Assembly: GCA_964490255.1 (NCBI GenBank)
Contig: CAZBCQ010000001.1
Span: 1,535-65,534, forward strand
DNA length: 64,000 bases
Direction of reading: 5' to 3'
Source of the DNA: an uncultured Terriglobales bacterium
GTDB lineage: Bacteria > Acidobacteriota > Terriglobia > Terriglobales > Acidobacteriaceae
In this document: piece by piece, positions 36,201 through 46,400 of the stretch
Layout: the number at the start of each line of letters is the position of its first letter
How positions within the stretch are numbered: position 1 is the first letter of the stretch
Made by a program: the position numbers and the translations under genes
Notes under the pieces: model-generated
Told to the model about the DNA's origin: nothing
Seen by the model: the letters and a program-made list of their open reading frames with translations, nothing else
Databases searched by the model: none

Positions 36201-37796
36201 TCACCGACCAACGCTGGCCGTTTCGAAGCGCTTGAAGAAACTCGTCTCTTTCCAGTGCGGGGGCCGATCGGCGTCGGCGACATCGAGCGCAAGTTCGCGC
36301 ACCAAATCCTCGAACTTGGCGGCTGCCGCTAGATCGACGGGCTGATTCAGGTCATCAGACGGCGCGTGATACCGTTCAGTAAGCCATTTCTTGGCGATCG
36401 CCTCTTCCGGTGATCCCTTTTCGAATCCCACCTTCATCGCGACTGAGGGCACGCCTTCGCGAATGAAGCTGTACTGATCGCTGCGAACAAAGAGGTTGCG
36501 CAGCGGCTCCGGATCAGGCTGTACAGCGACGTGTTCTTTCGCGGCCACCCGGCGGATGGTGTCGCCGAGGTCCGATTCATCCAAGCCATACACCGTGACC
36601 AACTTCAAAGGGAAGATGGGCAGGAACATGTCCGTGTTGATGTCGGCAACGATCGATTTGGCAGGAACGGTGGGATTCGCGGCAAAGTATCGTGATCCGA
36701 GCAGACCTTTCTCTTCGGCTGTAACCCAGACAAACAGAAGCGATCGCCGCGGTCTGATCTTCGCCTGGGCAAGATGCGCGGCGATGTCGAGCAGCAGGGC
36801 AGAGCCGGAGCCGTTATCCATGGCGCCGTTATAAAGACGATCGCCATTGATGGGCTCACCGATGCCGAGGTGATCCAGATGAGCGGAAAGAACAACATTC
36901 TGCTCCTTAAGCTTGGGATCGGAGCCGGGAAGCCGCGCGACGATATTCTTCGAAACGACATCGGTGACAATAACCTTCGCGCGCGCTTGGATGGAGACCG
37001 GAAGCGCAAACCGGGGAAGCGGCTTGCGATCCTTGCCCAGGGCCGCAAGTTCATCGAAGGTGTGTCCGGAACCGGCGAACAGCTTTCCAGCCGCAGCAGG
37101 ATTCCAGGTAACGGACAGTTGGATTCCAGCAGCATCGTCGAGCGACTTGTCCGCAAGCGCCATGCTCGGGCGGGTGCGAGCCAACCGCATGCGAGACCAG
37201 GGGATGTCCATCGAGGCGGGATTTGGGATCGAAATGTAGCCGAGAGCGCCAACCGCTCGCAAACTGGCACTGCGTTGCGCCGTCGACTGATAATGCGAGG
37301 CAAGAGCCGCTGACATTGTCGACGGCGATCCCGCAAGGATGACCGCGACTTTGCCCTTCAGATCGAGACCGGCGAAATCGTCGTAATTGGCTTCGGGAAC
37401 CCGAAGTCCGTAGCCGACAAAAACAAGCGGGGCATCGACCGACGGAGCCAGATCGACTCGCGTGCTGAACATCGCTTCGTCCCCGAGGACCATCGGCTCG
37501 ACTTTGCCGTCGCGAACCAGCGCGAGACTCGACTGGGATTCGTCGATTTGCTTGCTACGGAACTTCACCGGCTGATAGAAGCCGTTTGCCGCAGCGGGTT
37601 GAAGTCCGGCGGCCTTCGCCTGCTCGACGACGTACGCGGCCGCCCTGTCATATCCGGGACTTCCAGTCTCGCGGCCTTCCATATTGTCATCAGCGATAAC
37701 TTTGACGTAGTTCCACCAGGACTGGCCATCGTTTGGAGACTGAGCAAGGGCTACGGTAGCAAAGGCGATAAGCAGGAGTGAGAGAAGTTTTCGCAT
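36201..37796 (-). CDS. Secreted M28 family aminopeptidase with PA domain
   Basis: ATG 37796 gives the signal peptide MRKLLSLLLIAFATVALAQS. M28 zinc-ligand contexts are present (LSAHLDHLG, GAMDNGSGSALLLDIA, VTAEEKGLLGS, H near the C-terminus). Confidence 0.9.
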   Translation of the reverse strand: MRKLLSLLLIAFATVALAQSPNDGQSWWNYVKVIADDNMEGRETGSPGYDRAAAYVVEQAKAAGLQPAAANGFYQPVKFRSKQIDESQSSLALVRDGKVEPMVLGDEAMFSTRVDLAPSVDAPLVFVGYGLRVPEANYDDFAGLDLKGKVAVILAGSPSTMSAALASHYQSTAQRSASLRAVGALGYISIPNPASMDIPWSRMRLARTRPSMALADKSLDDAAGIQLSVTWNPAAAGKLFAGSGHTFDELAALGKDRKPLPRFALPVSIQARAKVIVTDVVSKNIVARLPGSDPKLKEQNVVLSAHLDHLGIGEPINGDRLYNGAMDNGSGSALLLDIAAHLAQAKIRPRRSLLFVWVTAEEKGLLGSRYFAANPTVPAKSIVADINTDMFLPIFPLKLVTVYGLDESDLGDTIRRVAAKEHVAVQPDPEPLRNLFVRSDQYSFIREGVPSVAMKVGFEKGSPEEAIAKKWLTERYHAPSDDLNQPVDLAAAAKFEDLVRELALDVADADRPPHWKETSFFKRFETASVGR

Positions 37797-37938
37797 TCGG
37801 TCCTCGAGTAGTCGAGAATAGTAACAGCAGATCAGGCTTAAGCTGAAGAGGCACGTAGGGCGATGTGATTCGTGGCAGTCTCGAGATTGCCTCCCTATAG
37901 CTTGGGATCCCAGAATCAGTTGATTCGAAATCGCAATC

Positions 37939-38790
37939 ATGCAACTTAAAGACGCATTGATCGGAGCGGTTCAGCAGTTGGAGGAAGCTGCGGTGGGATC
38001 GCCGCGTCTGAATGCGGAGATGCTGTTGATGTTCGTGCTAGGCGTGGGGCGAGCGTACTTGTACGGGCATCCGGAAAGGGAACTAACAGCACAGGAAGAA
38101 GCGAGCTACGCGGAAGCAATCGCGGAGCGGGCCCGAGGTGTGCCGGCGCAGTACATCATCGGCCATCAGGAATTTTGGGGATTGGACTTTGTGGTAACGC
38201 CGGCAGTGCTCATTCCGCGTCCGGAAACTGAGCACCTCGTGGAAGCGGCACTTGAGCTGGCGCAGGGAATCGAGCGGCCCCGAATTGTGGATGTGGGGAC
38301 CGGATCGGGGTGCATCGCGCTGGCGCTGGCCTCGGAGTTGAAGCGAGCCGAAATTGATGCGGTAGACATCTCGGCTGACGCGCTGGAGATTGCAAAGGCG
38401 AACGCGGCTCGATTGCAGTTGGCGGATAACGTGAGGTTTCGAACGGGGAATCTGCTGGAAGGATTCGGCGCAGACGAATTTGATCTCGTGGTTTCGAATC
38501 CGCCGTACGTGGGGGAGTGCGAGGCTGACAAAGTTCAGGCGGAGGTAAGGAAATTTGAGCCGCACGTGGCTGTATTTGGGGGGCCGCAAGGTACGGAGAT
38601 CGTCACGCAATTGTTGGAGCAGTCACACCGCGTCTTGAAGCCAGGCGGACACGTGCTGGTAGAGATCGGCTTTTCGCAGTCGGAAAAGGTGCGGCATTTA
38701 GCCAGGGAATTTGAGGACGTGCACTTCGTCGAGGATCTGCAGGGGATTCCGCGGGTGTTAGTAGGAAAGAAGTCAGAAGCCAGAAGTTAG
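37939..38790 (+). CDS. prmC: Peptide chain release factor N5-glutamine methyltransferase
   Basis: 283 aa with PAQYIIGHQEFWGLDFVVTPAVLIPRPETE, the SAM motif VDVGTGSGCIA and the catalytic SNPPYV. Confidence 0.93.
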   Translation: MQLKDALIGAVQQLEEAAVGSPRLNAEMLLMFVLGVGRAYLYGHPERELTAQEEASYAEAIAERARGVPAQYIIGHQEFWGLDFVVTPAVLIPRPETEHLVEAALELAQGIERPRIVDVGTGSGCIALALASELKRAEIDAVDISADALEIAKANAARLQLADNVRFRTGNLLEGFGADEFDLVVSNPPYVGECEADKVQAEVRKFEPHVAVFGGPQGTEIVTQLLEQSHRVLKPGGHVLVEIGFSQSEKVRHLAREFEDVHFVEDLQGIPRVLVGKKSEARS

Positions 38791-38847
38791 AACTCAGAAC
38801 TCGCGGGCGAGTGCGCCCCGCGCCACCAGAGTACCAGCGCCCCCGCG

Positions 38848-39348
38848 CTATTTTGCAGCTGGCAGAGCTTGCAGGACTCGCACCTTCCAGCGATTCTCTC
38901 CGGCGGTCATGACGACCAGATAGTTCTGCGTGAATTGATCAGAGTGGACGACCTTGTCACCGTCAAGCAGCTGCACTTCAAGGCGCGCAGTGTCGCGAAG
39001 TTGCATGGCTGAACCATCCTGCGAATAGAGCACCGCCTCAAGACTGTGGCCGTGATCGACGTAGCGAGTGTGCAGCCCCGATTTTTGCTGCTCGGCTACG
39101 CGCTGTCGAAGTTCATCCTGAGCGTAGCCAATGAAGTCATTCGCGAGCGCGTCGGCACGGTTTTCAGAAAGCGCTGTGGCAAGCGACTGCCAGGCACGAG
39201 TGTAATCACGAACTACCGCTTTCTCCGTGTTGTCTTCCATTTCGCGAGGCGCAACCCTCGACGGATTCAGCTGGACCGACAAAGGCTCAGCACCGAAGGC
39301 CGAAGCGCACAATAACAAGGAAGCGCCAACCGAAAGCAAGCGTTTCAT
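38848..39348 (-). CDS. Secreted hypothetical protein (NTF2/Tim44-like by eye)
   Basis: 166 aa with a signal peptide (LLLCASAFGA). It is the last gene of a four-gene operon and its ATG overlaps the upstream TGA (TGATG). Confidence 0.7.
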   Translation of the reverse strand: MKRLLSVGASLLLCASAFGAEPLSVQLNPSRVAPREMEDNTEKAVVRDYTRAWQSLATALSENRADALANDFIGYAQDELRQRVAEQQKSGLHTRYVDHGHSLEAVLYSQDGSAMQLRDTARLEVQLLDGDKVVHSDQFTQNYLVVMTAGENRWKVRVLQALPAAK

Positions 39349-40214
39349 CAGCGACCACTCCAGTGAATTTCATTTCCCACCACAACGCCCGCGGCAACAG
39401 AGAGCTGGGCGCTCTGCGACTGTGGTAACAGCGCCTGTGCGATTCCTTTTTTAATCCGCGCGTCGACGGTGCTACGCCCGCTGTTGTCGACCTCGGTGAA
39501 AGTCACGATCGTTCCATCGGGCACAGTATTTCCTGCGCAGTCACGGATCGCGTCCGTTTCGACGGCGATGCCGTTTTTTGCAGGCTGAGCCCGCATGCGC
39601 AGATTACATGGTTCGGACGCGGTCACCTGAACCACGCGCCGTACATTGTCGGCGTTGAGGCTAGCCGTGAACTGCGCTGCGCCGGCCTGACGGCCGGAGT
39701 CAAGAATCGCATAGGCGACACCGTCTTTCGTGTTCGTGGTGCGAGTTTCGGCACGTCCTCCTGGAACACCGAGACTGAAGTTGATGGGAGTGGGTTGCGT
39801 GACCAGATTGTGGTTCGCATCGAAGACGAACGCGGTTCCCGAGATCACCTGGCGCGTACTGGCTGGAACACGCGAGGGCCGCGCCAGGAAAGCGATATCG
39901 GCAGGCTTTGATGGCGCAACAAAAAATACGACGGAATCGTTGTTGCCACTGCCGCTTAGCACGGCTGTGTAGCGGCCGGAGAACTGTAGATCGTTACCGG
40001 TGAGGCGAATCTCTTCGCCGAGCTTCACAGCACGCTTGATTGCTGTACCGGGCCCAAAAAGATAGAAGGTTGCGTCACCGGAGCCGCTAGTCGGAATGCT
40101 GACCTCGGCTCCGGCGGTTGCGTCCGTTGGCACGCGCAACTCGGCGGCGTCTGCAACATGAGCAGCAAACAACAGCGCCGCCAGGAGAAATGCAAATTGA
40201 ATCAGTCTTAGCAT
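39348..40214 (-). CDS. Secreted hypothetical protein with Ig-like (Big_1-type) repeats by eye
   Basis: 288 aa with a signal peptide (FAFLLAALLFAAHVADA) and two beta-rich segments resembling invasin-type Ig domains. Confidence 0.7.
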   Translation of the reverse strand: MLRLIQFAFLLAALLFAAHVADAAELRVPTDATAGAEVSIPTSGSGDATFYLFGPGTAIKRAVKLGEEIRLTGNDLQFSGRYTAVLSGSGNNDSVVFFVAPSKPADIAFLARPSRVPASTRQVISGTAFVFDANHNLVTQPTPINFSLGVPGGRAETRTTNTKDGVAYAILDSGRQAGAAQFTASLNADNVRRVVQVTASEPCNLRMRAQPAKNGIAVETDAIRDCAGNTVPDGTIVTFTEVDNSGRSTVDARIKKGIAQALLPQSQSAQLSVAAGVVVGNEIHWSGR

Positions 40215-40219
40215 GTTCG

Positions 40220-41326
40220 TTAGCTTTGCTCGCGATTGATGCTGTACTGGTTCACGCTTACCCGATAGGTCTGAACCTTCGGCGCAATGTCATCACGCAG
40301 CGCCAGCGAGAAAGGAACTGGCGTCTGCGGCTGTAGGGCATGGTCAACGTAGCCGTCTGAAACCCAAATTACGCGGCCCTGGTTGTCGTAGAAGGTTGCG
40401 AGCACGTGCGGAATGTTCACGACCTCGCCGCTCTCGTTCGTCAACTCGCCGCGAAGAACGTGATGGCCATCAGCATCCTGCTCCAGACGCTGGTGGAGCA
40501 CGCCAATCGTGGGATCGGCCGAAGCCGGAACCAGCAGTGAGTTTGGCTGAATGTGCACGCTCTTTACTTCCTGCCGCGGAACCTTGGGGAAGTCAATGCG
40601 GAAGGGAGAAACTTCCTTGGGCAGCAGTACATGAGAAATCTTGTCGAAGCTGCTTTCATCCCCGAGCGTTCCACCATTCTGTCCCAGCAAGGAAGCGCTG
40701 ACGGACACGAAGCCGGGCACAGTATCCTCGTTCACCACTTCGCCGACGATCACTGTACCGCCCTGGTAGTCGACGGCGTTCATCGACACGATGCGGACAT
40801 GCGGCGCGTCAACGTTCTGCGCGCCCCAATCGTCGCCCGAGCCGCGAGTCACGATATCCCAACGCAAGAAATTAACGGGAATGACCTGTGGAGGAACGTT
40901 GGCCTGCTTCTGAACCGGCCAGATGACCTTCCAGCTGCCATCGTTGTTCACAACTTTCAAATCGCGTGAGTCGTAGATTGCTCCGACCGCGGTCGACCAC
41001 TGCATGTCGGCATGAACCAGAGCATCATTATCGGTGGTACGAAGAACGCGCGTCTTGATGTTGGCGAGACTAGAGAAGGTGCGCAGGTCGCCGTTCGCGC
41101 CGTTCAGATCCGCGATGAAGCTGTTGAGATCGGTGTCATTCGTGTTGGCGACGAACGAGTATGCCTGCTGCCAGTTTCTGGCCTGGACGTTGGAAAGCAA
41201 TGCCTGAACGGCGCCATCCGGAGTTTTCGGGGTGCCGCTGCCCGTACCTCCTGCAGAAAGGACGCCAATCGCGAGAAACAGAACAGTTAATGCGACAGTG
41301 ACAATAAGAAGGAGGCTACGTGACAT
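40220..41326 (-). CDS. N-terminally anchored hypothetical protein (NTF2-like module plus two beta-sandwich repeats by eye)
   Basis: 368 aa with one TM helix (LLLIVTVALTVLFLAIGVL). An internal duplication is visible (VIVGEVVNEDTVPGFVSVSASLLGQNG... versus VLRGELTNESGEVVNIPHVLATFYDNQG...). Its ATG overlaps the upstream TAA (TAATG). Confidence 0.7.
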   Translation of the reverse strand: MSRSLLLIVTVALTVLFLAIGVLSAGGTGSGTPKTPDGAVQALLSNVQARNWQQAYSFVANTNDTDLNSFIADLNGANGDLRTFSSLANIKTRVLRTTDNDALVHADMQWSTAVGAIYDSRDLKVVNNDGSWKVIWPVQKQANVPPQVIPVNFLRWDIVTRGSGDDWGAQNVDAPHVRIVSMNAVDYQGGTVIVGEVVNEDTVPGFVSVSASLLGQNGGTLGDESSFDKISHVLLPKEVSPFRIDFPKVPRQEVKSVHIQPNSLLVPASADPTIGVLHQRLEQDADGHHVLRGELTNESGEVVNIPHVLATFYDNQGRVIWVSDGYVDHALQPQTPVPFSLALRDDIAPKVQTYRVSVNQYSINREQS

Positions 41327-43071
41327 TATCGTGCCTCCCGCAAAACGACATCAGAGGCTGGAAATTCGAGCGGAATGGAAGCACGCCGCCGTTCGGGAAT
41401 CAGGAACACAGCAAGTAGAGAAAGTACGGCTACACCCATCGGCGCAAATCCCCAAAGCATTCCTTCCCAAGCGGCTGGCCTGGTCCCGAACTCGATCGGT
41501 TGGGCCGGCGGAACGTCATCCTTGACCCAGAGCGTGACTAATCCTCCGTCGTAGCTTTCGGTGGGACGCCATCCGGCAAAGGCGAGCAGAGGCTCGTAAT
41601 AGCGGTCGCGCACGAAGATATATTTCAGACCGTATTGATTGGCGTGCTTCAACATCGCGCGTAGCGATTCCATGCCGCCCACGCCGAAATACTTGGCACT
41701 GTCGAGTTTCGCCGCGCCGTACGATGTCATTTCCGGCAGGAGACGCGCGGTGTTGTAATCACCGTCGACGCTATCGGCGCGCGAATCGATGGACAGCTTA
41801 TCGAAAAGGCTACCGAACCCGAGGGTCACATAGCGGTACTTGGCGTGATCATCGCGATTCAGAAAATCGGATATCGGTCGCGTATCAAACGGTGTGACAG
41901 AAATAGGATTAAAGGTGACCCATGCCACGCCCATTGCGAATGTACCGGCAGCGGCGATCCACAATGCGATTGTGGCTTTGCTGCGGAACCGGGAGATCAG
42001 ATCTTCTGCAAGTAATCCCACAAAGGGCAACGCCATGCAGGTTGAGAGAAATGTAAAGCGCTCGTAGGTAAAGACGTAGTACAGGCGGCCAAACAGCAGG
42101 TGGGCAACCGGTGTGGTTCCGCCCAGGCCGATGAGAGTCGTGACCCACCAACCAATAAACAGAGGTTGCAAGCGCCGATCGCGCGCGCCTCGCCAAAAGA
42201 TAAACGGGATGGCGAGGATCATCGCCCCATACGGAATAATCCAGAAATTGACCCCATTCCGCAGGTCGAGCAGGTAATTGGTGCGGCTGGGGTGGGGAAT
42301 CGGCATCTGCGTCACTGGATTCTTGAAGAACGAGATCCAGAATGGCAGGAGTACCGCTGCGATTCCCGCGCCCGTGAGCGCGCCGAAGACGACGGCACGA
42401 CCGAGAATTCCTCCCACCGACGCTTCCGTGCCTTGTGTTTCATCATTGCGGTCGACCAACGCCAGCCAGATAACTGGGAATGAAAACAAGACGATCGTGA
42501 TCAGCGTCAAGTGGTGAACCGCTGCGGCGGACACAGTAATAAGGAACGCCTTCACCAGGTCAGCCACACGCGCTTCGCGCAGCCATCGATAGAAATAAGG
42601 AATGGCATTCACGGTGATCGCAGCACCAAGCGTCGTATTCAACTGACCCGATTGGTAGACCAGCATTGCCAGCGAACCCAGGAATATGCTGCCGAGCGCG
42701 GCGTAGCTGGCGGCGACTTCATCCACCCAGAGTCGTGCAAAGCGATAAACGCCGACCGTCAACAGCAGGATTGCGATCAGCTGGACAAACATATACGCGA
42801 GCAGCAATCCCATAGGAAACGAGAACAGCGCGATCAACTGGTGCGCGAGGGGTGGATATGTGGTCTGCGAGAAACCCGCGAACCACTTGGTATTCCATGG
42901 ATCGAACCAGTGCTGCGCGTAATGCGATGCGAAGAACATGTGGACGTACGCGTCGTATGAGCCGCTTGGAAGCTGCATCAGCAAGAGCGGCCCATGCACC
43001 GCGAACGCGATAAGCAAGATAGAAGTCAGGGATAAGCCGCGATTAGGACTGCCAGGAGAAACCGCAATCAC
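41326..43071 (-). CDS. Large polytopic membrane protein, GT-C-fold-like (family unassigned)
   Basis: 581 aa with more than 10 hydrophobic helices, an early loop SGSYDAYVHMFFASHY...YPPLAH and a soluble C-terminal ~170 aa. It is the first gene of the four-gene operon. Confidence 0.75.
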   Translation of the reverse strand: MIAVSPGSPNRGLSLTSILLIAFAVHGPLLLMQLPSGSYDAYVHMFFASHYAQHWFDPWNTKWFAGFSQTTYPPLAHQLIALFSFPMGLLLAYMFVQLIAILLLTVGVYRFARLWVDEVAASYAALGSIFLGSLAMLVYQSGQLNTTLGAAITVNAIPYFYRWLREARVADLVKAFLITVSAAAVHHLTLITIVLFSFPVIWLALVDRNDETQGTEASVGGILGRAVVFGALTGAGIAAVLLPFWISFFKNPVTQMPIPHPSRTNYLLDLRNGVNFWIIPYGAMILAIPFIFWRGARDRRLQPLFIGWWVTTLIGLGGTTPVAHLLFGRLYYVFTYERFTFLSTCMALPFVGLLAEDLISRFRSKATIALWIAAAGTFAMGVAWVTFNPISVTPFDTRPISDFLNRDDHAKYRYVTLGFGSLFDKLSIDSRADSVDGDYNTARLLPEMTSYGAAKLDSAKYFGVGGMESLRAMLKHANQYGLKYIFVRDRYYEPLLAFAGWRPTESYDGGLVTLWVKDDVPPAQPIEFGTRPAAWEGMLWGFAPMGVAVLSLLAVFLIPERRRASIPLEFPASDVVLREAR

Positions 43072-43472
43072 CGATTAGCCTCCGCAAGCATCGTTTCGGT
43101 GCAAGTAGGATTCCCAACTCGGCTGTTCGGGTTTTCTGATTTCCGGCGATTCCGTAACAAAAATTCCCCAGACAGAGAAGCTGGATCGCAAGAATGCGCG
43201 GTTCACGATGCGTTGGGTGCTTCGAATCTCACTATTTTCAGGGCGAATGCAAAGTGAGCGGCTGGGGAGAATACGTAACTCTGAAGCCGCCACAAGGGAA
43301 AAGTGAGTACTGGTCTGGACAATGAGGGAACCCCAGTACTCTTCGATCAGAAACGCCCAATGCAGAATACCCGCTGAAAATCACAGGATTCGGGAGAAAC
43401 AAAGCGAAGAATGCAACTTGGAACGCCATTTGCGAAACGTAACTAGCCACAGCTCCTAAATCCGGTGGTCTT

Positions 43473-46400
43473 GTGAAAAGTTTTCTAAATTACGTTACGT
43501 TCTGTTCCGTTCTATTGAGTGTTGCCGCCGCAGGTCAGACCTTCGAAGTCGGCGGGCAAGAGCAAAATAATGCGCCCCAGAAACCGGCCGCAGTGGGAAA
43601 GAAGAGCTCGCCTGCTTCCGGCGAGATTGGTTGGGGAAGCAGTATAGAAGTAGGGCGACTGGCGCGCGCCGCCGATAATGCGCTCGCGAAAGGCGACTAC
43701 ACAGGCGCTGCGAACTATGCAGATCGGGCCGTTCACGCCGCGCCGCAGGATCCCCAACTTTGGTTTCTCCTCGGATATGCATCGCGGCTGGCGGGTCGCT
43801 ACGGCGCTTCGCTGGACGCATACAAACACGGACTATCGATCAAGCCAGCATCGGTCGAAGGCCTGTCGGGTATGGCGCAGACCTACGCGCGCATGGGTCA
43901 AACCGAGGAAGCCAAGCGATTGCTTGTACAGTTGATCGCTGCGAATCCCAAGCGCGATAACGACCTTCTGATTGCCGGCGAGCTATTTATGCAGACCGGC
44001 GACGTGCCACAGGGGCTGACGTATCTGCAACGCGCTGAAGCGATGAAGCCCTCGCCACACGCCGAGTTGCTGATGGCAACCGCTTACATGAAATTGAAGC
44101 AGCCGGATCGTGCGCGTCAACTGCTCGAGTCGGCGAAGCGACGCGCCCCCAATGATCCTGATATCTACCGTGCCATCGCGAACTACTACCGTGAAGTTCA
44201 CGATTACAAGAGTGCGATCGCGACTTTGAAGTCGATCCCAAAGCCGACGTCCGAGGTTCTTGCGGACCTCGCCTACAGTTACGCACTAAATGGAGATAAG
44301 GAAGAATCGGCGGCGACGTATGCGCGTGCCGCACAGGAAGCGCCCCACCAGATCGGCCTGCAATTGAGCGCAGCGCAAGCCGAATTGGTTGCCGGAGAGT
44401 CTGAAAAGGCGCGGCAATTCCTGGCGAAGGCCGAAGCGATGGATCCGAATCACTACAGGCTGCATGCCATCAAGGCTGCGCTTGCGAAGAGCGAAAAGCG
44501 CAATGCGGACGCGATTGTCGAATACAAGATCGCGATCAGCCGGCTGCCGGGCGACGGCGTACCTGAGGGCGTGCTGTTTCCGATCCAGTTGCGATTGAAC
44601 CTGGCGGAACTTTACCGCGAGCAGGGTGATGTCGAATCCGCCAAGCGGGTGGTTGCCGAAGCCGAGCAGCAGATGCAATCGCTCAACCTGCAAGGGCCCG
44701 AGCGCGCGGAATTCCTGCGGGTAAGGGCTGGAATCAAAACAGCGGGTGAGGACTATACCGGCGCAGAGGCGGATCTAAGAGAAGCGCTCACGTTGGACCC
44801 GGAGAACACGAACATTTCTCTGGAGTACGCAAATCTGCTGTGGAAGCTGAAGCGAAAAGACGAGGCGCGGAAGTTGTATGCAGCGGTGCTGAACACCGAC
44901 CCCAAGAACCGTTATGCACTCGAGGGGATGGGCTATCTCTATCGCGAAGATGGCGATGTGAAGATGTCAGCAGCGTATTTTCACAAGCTGGCGGACGCAT
45001 ATCCCACTGACTATGTCCCTTATTTAGCGCTGGGAGATTTGTACGCCTCGGTCGCTCAGTACAAAGAAGCTGACGCCAATTATGTGAAGGCGCACGAACT
45101 CGCACCCGACAATGCCACGGTGATCGCCAATGCGACCAACGCGGCAATCGAAGCGCACGACACACCGCTCGCGGGCCAGTGGGTTAAGTACATCAAAGAC
45201 GAGATGAGGGACGACCCGCGCATCATGCGCGAGGAGGCACGTTACCTCTTCCACGAAGGCAAATATCGTGAGTCGGCGCAGCTTGCGGCGAAGGCGCTGC
45301 AGAAACTGCCCAATGACAGGAACGCCTCGGTCTACCTCGCTTACGACTACTACAATCTGGGTCGCTACGACGACACCCTGGCGCTGACGACCAAATACGA
45401 GAAGCTGCTTCCCAAAGAGCCAAACTTCCCGCTGCTCAGCGGGCATGTGCATAAGCAAACACAATTGCTGAGCCAGGCGGTGGACGACTATACGCGCGCC
45501 ATCGATAAGGACCCGAAACTTGCCGAGTCGTACATCAACCGTGGATATGTCCTCAACGATCTGCAAAACCCGGAAGCGGCAGCACAGGATTTTGATGTAG
45601 CACTCAAGTTGAGTCCGAATAACGGAGTCGCGCACCTGGGCGTGGCATTTTCAGATCTGCAACTGCGCAGAAGCAAGTCAGCGCTGGACCAGGTAGACAC
45701 GGCAGAAAAATTGATCGGCGAATCAGGTGCAACGCATCTGGTGCGCGCTACCGCATATCGGCAGGAGCGGTTGCTGAACAAGGCGGACACGGAGTATCGC
45801 GCAGCGCTGAAGTATTCCCCGCAAGATGTGCGTTTGCAACTGGCTTTGGCAGACACGTTGTACTACATGCGCCACTACAACGATGCACTCGGCACGTTGA
45901 AAGACGCTTTAGCTCTGCAACCGGACGATCCATTCATCTATGCGCAAATGGCGCAAACGAGCGCCGAGCTGAAGAACCGCGACGAGACGTTGAAGTACGT
46001 CAGCCTGGCTGAGAAAGAAGGCGGCGATCAGGCCAGCGTTCTGTTGGCAACTGGAAGCGCGCTACTGACGTTGGGTGAAAAAGATCCAGCGATGCAGCGG
46101 TTCACGGAAGCATTGGACGCTCCGGACTCGGATCGAGTAAGCGTTCGCCTGGCATTCGCTCGCGTGATGCAGAAGCAAGGCAAGTGGGACGACGCGCGCG
46201 AACAAATCAGCCTGGCATTTGCGGAAGCGCGGATTGGCGAAGCGAATCCGGTCACGCCCGACAATCTGATCGAAGCCGGCAACATTTTCCTCGCCATGCA
46301 TGACTTCGACCTGGCGCAGCGCATGTTTGAGCGCGCCGGCAAGGAAGGCGCGGCCGACGAGGTTGTTGCCGTGGGATTGGCGAACACCTACCTGGCTCAG

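Noticed and set aside
43072-43472. c-di-GMP riboswitch or other leader RNA upstream of the EPS operon.
   Set aside because: I could not find the conserved GEMM-I core elements (GGCAAA…GACGCAAAGCC-like) by eye. Only a covariance-model scan could settle it, so it is recorded as not supported.
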